DNA from: an uncultured Candidatus Saccharibacteria bacterium
GTDB taxonomy: Bacteria; Patescibacteriota; Saccharimonadia; Saccharimonadales; UBA10212
Direction: 5' to 3'
Assembly (NCBI GenBank): GCA_964442325.1
Contig: CAYTYX010000001.1
Span: 57,485-121,484, forward strand
Length of the DNA: 64,000 nucleotides
Part shown: positions 9,264-16,625 of the stretch, piece by piece
Layout: each line of letters opens with the position of its first letter
Position numbering within the stretch: the stretch's first letter is position 1
Notes under the pieces: model-generated
What the model saw: only the letters and a program-made list of their open reading frames with translations
Databases searched by the model: none
Told to the model about the DNA's origin: nothing
Made by a program: the position numbers and the translations under genes

Positions 9264-9367
9264 GGCTCAGCTTGTCGGTCATGAACCAAATCAGCCCTTA
9301 CTTTATATTTTGAAATATCGACCAGCACTAGTGAGCAACCAAAGGCTGTAAATCGTAACAGGCAAAC

Positions 9368-10027
9368 CTAATTGACAGAAATGTTGTGCGTTTCGCCACT
9401 GTAGAGTAGTTTGAAGTTTTTATCACTACTACCTACGATGAAGAGTAATGTGCCCTTGGCGCTGTCGCCTCCAGCCAAAGATTGACTCAAGAATTCTGCC
9501 GAGCCTAACGGGTCGTAGTACGTATTATAATAGGAGTCTTCTTTGTAGTTGGGCTGCTTCTCGTTACTAGAATTTTTTAATGTGAAGTCAAGAGGGCTGA
9601 CATAACCCCCTGAACTCGAAGTATTTTTAACTGTCACCGTTACGTATAGATATTTATGGCTATCATCTTGAATGCCGCCACTAATGATAACGTGGTCTCT
9701 GACTTTATTAATTGTGAGTTCGTAAGTTGGCGCTTGATAGTTACTAGCCGAACCTTTTTGCAGCTCTTTTATTGTGGCTTCTAAGGAGGTAATTTTTTTA
9801 TTTAAGCCAGTGGTTTGAGATTCAAGGTCAGTTAGCGTTGCTTGTTTAGTGTTAAGGTCGCTTTCGAGCTTACTTATGCTGTCATTTTTGCTTTTGACAT
9901 CTTTTTGGAGATTGCTTACCCGCATATATTGGGTTGCTGCAAGAGCCACTAATGACAAGACAAGTACAACCACCAGATACACTTGCCACTTGCGATACCG
10001 TGACAGTTTGCCATCAACGAGCTTCAT
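9368..10027 (-). CDS. membrane-anchored coiled-coil protein with DUF4352-like Ig-fold C-terminal domain
   Basis: 219 aa with an N-terminal TM helix (VYLVVVLVLSLVALAA), a coiled coil, then the YLYVTVTVKNTSS...PLDFTLKNSS...KGTLLFIV pattern typical of DUF4352. Confidence 0.55.
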   Translation of the reverse strand: MKLVDGKLSRYRKWQVYLVVVLVLSLVALAATQYMRVSNLQKDVKSKNDSISKLESDLNTKQATLTDLESQTTGLNKKITSLEATIKELQKGSASNYQAPTYELTINKVRDHVIISGGIQDDSHKYLYVTVTVKNTSSSGGYVSPLDFTLKNSSNEKQPNYKEDSYYNTYYDPLGSAEFLSQSLAGGDSAKGTLLFIVGSSDKNFKLLYSGETHNISVN

Positions 10028-10086
10028 TTATCCTAAGAATAGGCTTGGGTCTAGTTTTTAGCAATAGATACTAAATAGCCGTGGCA

Positions 10087-10202
10087 GCCGGACAGCGCAC
10101 GCTCGGCCAATGCCTCGCACTTTTCCGCTGCGGCATGCTCGGAATAAATTCCTGTGCGTGTCCTCGCTCCAACGAACCTCCGGTCCGATTCGCAAACTCG
10201 CG
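10087..10202. repeat. ~115-nt element, copy B (divergent)
   Basis: Similarity to 9098-9210 judged by eye. Lies between the tRNA terminator and the 10027 start codon. Boundaries approximate. Confidence 0.35.
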
Positions 10203-10211
10203 AAACAATTG

Positions 10212-10244
10212 AAAAACGGCCAGACATAAAGCCAGGCCGTTTTT
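10212..10244. terminator. bidirectional-looking terminator hairpin 3' of tRNA-Asn
   Basis: AAAAACGGCC-13 nt loop-GGCCGTTTTT, with A/T runs on both sides. Confidence 0.7.
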
Positions 10245-10247
10245 CAA

Positions 10248-10322
10248 TGGCTCCGGAGGCCGGACTCGAACCGGCAACATCCTCGTTAACAGCGAGGCGC
10301 TCTACCATTGAGCTACTCCGGA
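10248..10322 (-). tRNA. tRNA-Asn (anticodon GTT), CCA encoded
   Basis: Hand-folded cloverleaf: acceptor TCCGGAG/CTCCGGA, D arm GCTC-AATGGTA-GAGC, anticodon arm CCTCG-CTGTTAA-CGAGG, T arm GCCGG-TTCGAGT-CCGGC, then G-CCA. Confidence 0.9.
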
Positions 10323-10363
10323 TAGCAACCGAATTATAGGTGATACAAGAGTAGCGCGTCAAA

Positions 10364-10897
10364 CTAGGCTGGTTCGGCGGCGGTGGCTTCGGCGGGTTCG
10401 GTCTCGGGCTCGGCTGCCTCGACCTCACTATCGCTAACTAAAATGTACGCATCAGTCACTTCTTTGACTTGGTTTCGCCCAATTATGCGTGTGTCGTGAT
10501 TGCCAAAAAATTTGGTTAGTGGCGGCTCCACATATAATTGCTGTATAAACATTGATTGGTCGTCGTAGGCGTAGTCGCTGACTTTGCCCAATTTTTGCCG
10601 CTGCGTTTTGACCGGCTTGCCCACTAGCTTAAAATGAATATCTAAAATTTCTTTATGCCGCACCAGGTCGGCTGGGCTAGATAGAACCGACTCGTCATTT
10701 ACGGCCAAGCCTTGCTGGCTGTCGGCCCGGACATCTTCGGCTAGCAAAATTGTTTCTACGCCGACAGATTTGCAGCGCCAACCCAAAATTTTGAGGTTGT
10801 GTGGGTCTATCACCGGCTCGGTGGCGATGCTTAATCGGCCGCCTGTGCGCAAGCTGACTACTGGCTGGCTGGAAAGGGAACGGCTAAGCTTTAGCAT
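10364..10897 (-). CDS. PRC-barrel domain protein (two barrels) with acidic C-terminal tail
   Basis: 177 aa with two PRC-like segments (VVSLRTGGRLSIATEPVIDPHNLKILGW and KLVGKPVKTQRQKLGKVSDYAYD). Pattern-level call only. Confidence 0.5.
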   Translation of the reverse strand: MLKLSRSLSSQPVVSLRTGGRLSIATEPVIDPHNLKILGWRCKSVGVETILLAEDVRADSQQGLAVNDESVLSSPADLVRHKEILDIHFKLVGKPVKTQRQKLGKVSDYAYDDQSMFIQQLYVEPPLTKFFGNHDTRIIGRNQVKEVTDAYILVSDSEVEAAEPETEPAEATAAEPA

Positions 10898-11037
10898 AGG
10901 CTAATTATAACTCGGATTTACGGTGTTTGTATTTTTGCCAGAACTGTTATATAATTTGTTTTACTTCAAGTTCACACGGCAAGTTCCAAGCGAGCCCCGG
11001 GTGGGCTCGTACATTACAATCTGGAGAAAGGGAAGTC

Positions 11038-11394
11038 GTGGATATTGCGATAGTGGTGCTAGTGATGGCTGCGATGCTTTGCGTCATGTTCACTCGCCGG
11101 GGTAGTTCCATCAGGCGTACAGGCGCGCTGACCTACGGTGCCATCGCCACGATCCTGGCGATCTGGCACTGGCAGAACGCCATCTTCCGGCGTCCGTTCT
11201 TCCTAGGCTGGCCGCACTACGTGTGGCAAGCGATTGGCTACGGCCTTGCGGCTATCGCATTCGCAGTCGGGGTTCTGCTCCTGCGGAAACTCGAGCGATT
11301 ATCGCGGCGGGGTAAGTGCTACGCCAGCGGGCCAGGTAGTAACTGGTGCTCGCTCCCGTACAACCATCGGGGTCGGCACTCCTTCGGAGGCTAG
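11038..11394 (+). CDS. hypothetical 3-TM membrane protein (high-GC operon, gene 1)
   Basis: GTG start with GAGAAAGGGAAG upstream (Val38 of track ORF 10927-11394). GC rises sharply from about 10990. Confidence 0.5.
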   Translation: MDIAIVVLVMAAMLCVMFTRRGSSIRRTGALTYGAIATILAIWHWQNAIFRRPFFLGWPHYVWQAIGYGLAAIAFAVGVLLLRKLERLSRRGKCYASGPGSNWCSLPYNHRGRHSFGG

Positions 11395-11423
11395 CGACCC
11401 GACCACAAATAGCGAGGAGCCAG

Positions 11424-11525
11424 ATGAAAATCAAGAAACATAACGCTGCAGCGATGGCAATGCTTGCCTTCTTCGCGGTTGCGCTGCTCGTGCTTCAGCC
11501 GTACTTCGCCCACGGCCATCCCTAG
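11424..11525 (+). CDS. 33-aa hydrophobic peptide (high-GC operon, gene 2)
   Basis: ATG preceded by GAGGAG 4 nt upstream. Product is MKIKKHNAAAMAMLAFFAVALLVLQPYFAHGHP. Below the ORF-track length cutoff. Confidence 0.4.
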   Translation: MKIKKHNAAAMAMLAFFAVALLVLQPYFAHGHP

Positions 11526-11533
11526 GAGGTGAG

Positions 11534-11761
11534 ATGACAATCGAAGCCAACCAAGCGCTGGTTGTCAAAGTCGAATTCCGTTTCGATATCGACAAGATCC
11601 GAAAGGACTTCGACGAGGGCCAGCAAGATCCAGACACGTTCTACCCCGGCAGCTTCGATGACTGGGTCCGAGAGATTGCTTTGGGCACGGTCAACGAGGC
11701 GAAAGGTGCAGCACTTGATGCCAAGCTCGAGTCGTCGTGGGAGATCATCGCCAATGTCTAG
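11534..11761 (+). CDS. acidic 75-aa hypothetical protein (high-GC operon, gene 3)
   Basis: AGGAGG 5 nt upstream of the ATG. Its stop overlaps the next start (ATGTCTAG). Confidence 0.55.
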   Translation: MTIEANQALVVKVEFRFDIDKIRKDFDEGQQDPDTFYPGSFDDWVREIALGTVNEAKGAALDAKLESSWEIIANV

Positions 11762-12140
11762 GCGGCGCCGAGTGGTGAAACCCGGTGCGCCGTGGCACGG
11801 CACACCCAAGGGCTACCGGCACTACGGCTGCAGGTGCAAACGTTGCACTGCGGCTCACAGCGCAGCTTGCCTAAAGTGGTACCACGACCATGGGCGGATG
11901 ACGTTGGCCGAACGATACGCTCAGCAAGCCGCCGCCAAGAAACACGGCACAGAGAGCTGCTACAACAGCGGCTGCAACCGTGCCGAGTGCCGCAGAGTGG
12001 CAACTAGAGCTCGGCGGGAGCGGCGGCAATTACAGGCCGCAGTCTCCAGGAATAAAAAAGTCCGGCAGGGTCAGTCAAGTCCGATCCTGCCGGTGCCCTA
12101 TCGAGCACTCGCTCTAGGGTTTGGCGGTGCGTCATTTTGA
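11754..12140 (+). CDS. basic Cys-rich protein with duplicated HGT..GY..GC.C..C-type motif (high-GC operon, gene 4)
   Basis: Met65 of track ORF 11562-12140. Contains WHGTPKGYRHYGCRCKRCTAAH and KHGTESCYNSGCNRAECRRV. From memory, such repeats occur in actinobacterial phage and plasmid proteins; no family name is claimed. Confidence 0.45.
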   Translation: MSRRRRVVKPGAPWHGTPKGYRHYGCRCKRCTAAHSAACLKWYHDHGRMTLAERYAQQAAAKKHGTESCYNSGCNRAECRRVATRARRERRQLQAAVSRNKKVRQGQSSPILPVPYRALALGFGGASF

Positions 12141-12206
12141 CGTGCCGCTTTTAATTTATTAAAACACTTGTGTTTTGGGCTTTTTCTAAACTAAAATTCA
12201 GATGTA

Positions 12207-13700
12207 ATGAAACTTGCCAGGGTGGGCCTTGGGGCAATAGTGACTTCGGCCACATTGCTACTTATTCCTACTGTTGCCTTAGCAGTATCACCACCGGCCA
12301 TCGCGGCACCAGCCGGCCTGTCAATTGTCGAAATCAAATTTACCGGCAGTGAATTTGTGATGCTCCAAAATAACACCGGCTCTGATATCAATGACCTAAG
12401 CGTCTATCGGCTAACTAATTTTAATAATTCTAATCCGCTAACAGCTACCAGCAACACCACCCAACAATTGCCTGCCGCTAGCCTAGCAGTTAGCCAAACA
12501 GTCCTATTAAGCGGGGACGGTGGCGCGACGTGTGGCGCGGCCGTGACAGATAGTTTATCCATTAGCCTGACCGACTCAACCGGTTTTTTGGAAGTTGTCC
12601 AGCAAAGTTTGGTCAACGGCCAGCTGATTCAAACCGCCGGCGATGCAGTGGCCTGGGGCTCCGGCACCACCCAAGCTAGCGGCATGATTGGTACGGTCCC
12701 GTCTGCAACCTCGGCACCTCTAGCTGCTTACTATCGCTATCAAAACTCTGCGTCGACACCGCCATTTCTTTGGCAACGAGCCGACACAGCCAGCGTCACC
12801 AATACATGCCAACTGAACGTAACTGGCGCCACGCCGCCAGCTCCGTCTAACCCCGGCAACCAACTTTTGCCCGGTTCGCCGCCACCGGCCCAAATAGTCT
12901 CGCTTACGTCAAGTACTGGCACTATCGCCAGCTTGCCGCCCAGCGACGTAGGCCTAAAAGCCCCGACTATTAACGAGCTTTTACCCAACCCGGCGTCGCC
13001 AATCACTGATACCGATGGCGAATTTATCGAGCTCTACAACTCCAACTCGGCTAGCTTTGACTTGTCGGGTTTTGTGTTGCAAACCGGCACGACTACGACC
13101 CACAAGTATACCTTCCCGAGTGGAGTGAAGTTAAAACCGAACTCTTTTACCGCCTTTTCGCTAAAAGGTACCGGACTGAGCCTTAGCAATAGCAGCGGCC
13201 GAGCAGAATTATTTGACCCATTGGGTAATTTAATATCTAAAACGGACGATTATGGGACCGCCAAAGATGGGCTTTCCTGGGCGTTGGCCGATGGCAAGTG
13301 GTACTGGACCAACTCACCGACGCCCAGTGCCGAAAATGTGATTAATCAATCCAGTTCGGGCAGCGCCAGTTCTGGAGGAAGTGCGCCGCAAATTCTCGGT
13401 GCAAGCTCTAGTCAAAATTCTGGTGGTGGCTCTGGCGGTAACTCGCCCAACGCTGCCGCGACGCCACTGCACCCATGGACACTTGCTGGTGTAGGTGCGC
13501 TGGCTGTAGGATATGGTCTATATGAGTACCGGCAGGATTTGGCGAACCGTTTCCACCAGTTCCAGCGATACCGAACAGCTCGGGCAGCTGCTGGGTCGCC
13601 AGCTAACGGGCGGGGAAGTGCTGGAGTTGCGAGCCGACTTGGGCGGTGGCAAAACAACCTTCGTGCGCGGTCTGGCGGCCGGCGCGGCAAGTCAGGATAG
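12207..13700 (+). CDS. secreted, C-terminally anchored lamin-tail-domain (LTD) protein
   Basis: Signal peptide, then LTD signature INELLPNPASPITDTDGEFIELYNSNSASFDLSGFVLQTG...SLSNSSGRAELFDPLGNLIS, a weaker N-terminal LTD-like segment, and a C-terminal TM helix (LAGVGALAVGYGLYEY). The last ~60 codons overlap tsaE. Confidence 0.7.
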   Translation: MKLARVGLGAIVTSATLLLIPTVALAVSPPAIAAPAGLSIVEIKFTGSEFVMLQNNTGSDINDLSVYRLTNFNNSNPLTATSNTTQQLPAASLAVSQTVLLSGDGGATCGAAVTDSLSISLTDSTGFLEVVQQSLVNGQLIQTAGDAVAWGSGTTQASGMIGTVPSATSAPLAAYYRYQNSASTPPFLWQRADTASVTNTCQLNVTGATPPAPSNPGNQLLPGSPPPAQIVSLTSSTGTIASLPPSDVGLKAPTINELLPNPASPITDTDGEFIELYNSNSASFDLSGFVLQTGTTTTHKYTFPSGVKLKPNSFTAFSLKGTGLSLSNSSGRAELFDPLGNLISKTDDYGTAKDGLSWALADGKWYWTNSPTPSAENVINQSSSGSASSGGSAPQILGASSSQNSGGGSGGNSPNAAATPLHPWTLAGVGALAVGYGLYEYRQDLANRFHQFQRYRTARAAAGSPANGRGSAGVASRLGRWQNNLRARSGGRRGKSG

Positions 13701-14013
13701 GGTAGCCAGCCCAACCTTTACGTTGAACCGGATTTATAAAGCCCCCAAATTTGATATCCACCACTACGATTTTTACCGTTTGAACGAGCCCGGTATAGTG
13801 GCCGACCAACTGGCCGAAAGTTTAGATAATCCACGAGCCGTAACAGTGGTAGAGTGGAGCGATATTGTCCAAGACGTATTGCCGCCCGAGCATTTGATTA
13901 TAGAATTTAAGCCTACTCCGGCGGCAAGCGACGAAAGGGAAGTCGCCGTAACTTATCCTGAAGCTCTGGCGCCGCTTGTAGAGAAGTTAGAAAACGATTG
14001 GAGTAGCCGGTGA
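13513..14013 (+). CDS. tsaE: tRNA t6A37 biosynthesis ATPase TsaE
   Basis: ADLGGGKTTFVRG P-loop, SPTFTL and HYDFYRL motifs. Met4 (13522) is an equally plausible start. Confidence 0.85.
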   Translation: MVYMSTGRIWRTVSTSSSDTEQLGQLLGRQLTGGEVLELRADLGGGKTTFVRGLAAGAASQDRVASPTFTLNRIYKAPKFDIHHYDFYRLNEPGIVADQLAESLDNPRAVTVVEWSDIVQDVLPPEHLIIEFKPTPAASDEREVAVTYPEALAPLVEKLENDWSSR

Positions 14014-14402
14014 AAATCTTGGCCATTCGTACCGACAAACCTGAGGCCGAACTTTATCTTTACAACGGCCAAAAACAGCTGGCCGAGCTAAAATGGCAGG
14101 CCCACAGAGAATTATCTGACACAATTCATCTTAAAATCCAACAGATACTTGACAAGTCAAGTATTAAGCTGGAAGAGCTAGACGGGCTGATAATTTTTCG
14201 CGGTCCGGGCAGTTTTACCGGCCTGCGCATTGGCGCAACTGTTGCCAATACCCTGGCCTACGCCTACTCCATTCCAATTATTGGTTCACTTGGGCCTGAT
14301 TGGCTTAAATCTGGCATTCAAAAACTGCTGGCCGGCCAAAACGATAAAATTGCCGTGCCCGAATACGGCGCCGAGCCAAATATTACTAAACCGGTTAAAT
14401 AA
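14010..14402 (+). CDS. tsaB: TsaB-like protein, short form (N-terminal domain only)
   Basis: 130 aa with a GPGSFTGLRIG motif. GTG start overlaps the tsaE stop (GTGA). Confidence 0.75.
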   Translation: MKILAIRTDKPEAELYLYNGQKQLAELKWQAHRELSDTIHLKIQQILDKSSIKLEELDGLIIFRGPGSFTGLRIGATVANTLAYAYSIPIIGSLGPDWLKSGIQKLLAGQNDKIAVPEYGAEPNITKPVK

Positions 14403-14404
14403 TA

Positions 14405-14434
14405 TTGACCGGCTTGGCAAAATGGTCGTATAGT
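14405..14434 (+). promoter_or_regulatory. candidate sigma70-type promoter for rny
   Basis: TTGACC (14405-14410), 18-nt spacer, TATAGT (14429-14434). Leaves a ~165-nt leader before the rny ATG. Confidence 0.45.
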
Positions 14435-14605
14435 AAGTTTAGGATTTTCCGGCAGTAAAGTTTTTGGGAACATCCAATTTCATATTCATTTAACTAAAAT
14501 TTGAAAACCTTTTAACCGACAGTTTTGGCTGGCTAAAGAAGTGATAGTGATCGCCTAGGCGAACTGTTCGGCTTTAGATAGGTCTTCTTTGCGAGGGAGG
14601 ACAAG

Positions 14606-16114
14606 ATGTTAGAAGCTATTTTAGCCGTAGCCGGGCTTGCTATTGGTGCCGGCGGCGGTGTGTATTACAGCCAGACTAAAGTGACACAGGCTGGCGAGGA
14701 AGCCAAAAAAGAATTAGCTAGAGCCAAAAAAGAAGCCGAAGCCTTAGTTAAAAAAGCTCAGGAAGAAGCTGGCAACCGGGTGGACGAAGCCCGTAAAGAC
14801 GAGCAAAAACGCCGCAGTGAACTAAAAGAAGTCGAAGAACGCCTGGCCAAACGCGAGGAAATGTTCGACAAAAAACTCGACGAGCTGGACAAGCGGGCCG
14901 ATGGCCTGCGTAAATCCGAGGGCGAGCTAGAATCGCTCAAAGACGAGATCCGGGCGGTCCGCACTAAACAACAAGACAAGCTGGAAAAGATCGCCAAGTT
15001 AACCAAAGCCGACGCGGCCGACAAGTTAATGCAAATGACCGAGCGCGACATTAAAAACGACTTGCTTGGTCTGATCAGCAAATTACAAAAAGAAGCCCAG
15101 GAAAATGCCGAAGAGCAAGCCGCGCTAATAATCACCACGGCGATGGAACGCATGGCTTCCGAGGTAACCAGCGAGCGAACAGTAACGGCCGTCAAACTGG
15201 ACGACGAGGAAATGAAAGGCCGGATTATCGGCAAAGAAGGCCGAAATATCCAAGCCTTGCAACGTGCCACTGGCGTAGACATTTTGGTGGACGAAACGCC
15301 GGGTATGATTGTGCTAAGTAGCTTTGATCCGGTGCGGCGCGAAGTTGCCCGCCAAGCGATGGAGATGCTACTTAAAGACGGTCGGGTGCACCCGGGCCGG
15401 ATTGAAGAAGTTGTTGAAAAAGCCCAAAAGCAGGTTCAAAAAGAAGTGGTCCACGCTGCCGAAGACGCTGCCCGCGAAGTGGGCGTGATTGGCATCCCGC
15501 GCGAGATTTTACAGCTACTTGGTGAGCTCAAATTCCGTACCAGCTATGGCCAAAATATGCTGAAGCACTCTGTCGAGATGGCGCAGTTGGCCGGCGTTTT
15601 GGCCGACGAGCTTGGCGCAGACGTTAAGGTTGCCAAGTACGCTGCCCTAACGCACGACTTAGGCAAGGCTTTGTCACACAAAGTAGAAGGCAAGCACCAC
15701 CACATTAGTGGCGAGATGCTGCGCAAGTACGGCGCGCCCGAAGCGGTAGCCGAGGCTGCCGAGCAGCACCACGACGACATGGAAGCAACTAGCGTCGAGG
15801 CGTTAATTGTCCGAGTAGTAGACGCCATTTCCGGCGCCCGCCCCGGCGCGCGCAACATCAGCGCCGAAAACTTTGCTGAGCGCATGAAGGATCTGGAAAA
15901 CACCGCGTTAACATTCGAAGGTATCGACAAGGCCTACGCCATTAGCGCCGGCCGCGAAGTCCGGGTGTTTGTTTACCCGCAAAAAATTGACGACCTGCAG
16001 GCCATCCAACTAGCCCGCGACATTGCCAATAAAATCGAGTCAACCTTGCAGTATCCCGGTACCATCAAGGTTAATGTTATCCGCGAAACTCGCGCTGTCG
16101 AGTTCGCCAAATAG
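14606..16114 (+). CDS. rny: ribonuclease Y
   Basis: 502 aa with an N-terminal TM helix, a Lys/Glu-rich coiled coil, a KH domain (GRIIGKEGRNIQAL) and an HD domain (LTHDLGKA). GAGGGAGG SD. Confidence 0.92.
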   Translation: MLEAILAVAGLAIGAGGGVYYSQTKVTQAGEEAKKELARAKKEAEALVKKAQEEAGNRVDEARKDEQKRRSELKEVEERLAKREEMFDKKLDELDKRADGLRKSEGELESLKDEIRAVRTKQQDKLEKIAKLTKADAADKLMQMTERDIKNDLLGLISKLQKEAQENAEEQAALIITTAMERMASEVTSERTVTAVKLDDEEMKGRIIGKEGRNIQALQRATGVDILVDETPGMIVLSSFDPVRREVARQAMEMLLKDGRVHPGRIEEVVEKAQKQVQKEVVHAAEDAAREVGVIGIPREILQLLGELKFRTSYGQNMLKHSVEMAQLAGVLADELGADVKVAKYAALTHDLGKALSHKVEGKHHHISGEMLRKYGAPEAVAEAAEQHHDDMEATSVEALIVRVVDAISGARPGARNISAENFAERMKDLENTALTFEGIDKAYAISAGREVRVFVYPQKIDDLQAIQLARDIANKIESTLQYPGTIKVNVIRETRAVEFAK

Positions 16115-16133
16115 TTTATTTAGTCCTCTAGCT

Positions 16134-16565
16134 ATGTATCGGACTAGAAAAAACACCAAAGCCTATAAACCGGCTAGCCAAAAGAAAAAACTAGAAGCTG
16201 GTATAAAAGCCTGCCCTTTTTGTAATCCCAAAGCAAGAGAAATAGTCGAGCAGGGTAAATTTAGCTATGTAACCAAAAACACATATGGCTATCAATACTG
16301 GGAGTTTATGGGTGTTGCTGATCATTTGATGATTGTGCCTAAACGCCATGTCGAAGGATTGTCTGATTTAAATTCAGCCGAACGAAACGAGATTATGGAT
16401 ACTATCAGTCGCTTCGAGGCCAAAGGCTATAACGTGTATGCCCGCGAAAAAAATAATCCGGTAAAGTCGGTACCCCATCAACACACCCACTTACTTAAAA
16501 CCGATAATCGTCTAGCCCGATTCGCTGTCTACTTTAAAAAGCCGTATCTGCTAATCACAAGATAA
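16134..16565 (+). CDS. HIT-family nucleotide hydrolase/transferase
   Basis: Histidine triad HQHTHLL. Start moved to Met38 of track ORF 16023-16565, which otherwise overlaps the rny 3' end. Confidence 0.75.
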   Translation: MYRTRKNTKAYKPASQKKKLEAGIKACPFCNPKAREIVEQGKFSYVTKNTYGYQYWEFMGVADHLMIVPKRHVEGLSDLNSAERNEIMDTISRFEAKGYNVYAREKNNPVKSVPHQHTHLLKTDNRLARFAVYFKKPYLLITR

Positions 16566-16625
16566 ATCTCTTCTGGTCAATCGGGAGCAAATAACTCCGA
16601 GCCCAACTAGCCTATAATAGGTGGT

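Larger units (their letters stand above)
9087..10265 (-). mobile_element. remnant or non-autonomous tRNA-Asn-associated mini-island (no integrase)
   Basis: Bounded by the 18-nt direct repeat. Carries one CDS (9368-10027), two terminators and two divergent ~115-nt element copies. Confidence 0.4.

Noticed and set aside
10051-10428. ORFs 10051-10428 (-), 10071-10280 (-) and 10154-10339 (+).
   Set aside because: They run through tRNA-Asn, its terminator and the repeat element. They have no SD and no protein-like composition.
11252-12003. Antisense and alternative-frame ORFs in the high-GC operon (11252-11434 -, 11431-11637 -, 11522-11809 -, 11758-12003 -, 11792-12007 +, 11234-11443 +).
   Set aside because: These are GC-driven open frames. 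The plus-strand chain with SD sites and overlapping stop/start codons explains the region better.
14758-15282. 174-aa Ser-rich ORF antisense to rny.
   Set aside because: It is the mirror image of the Lys/Glu/Ala-rich coiled-coil coding region of RNase Y and is a low-complexity artefact.
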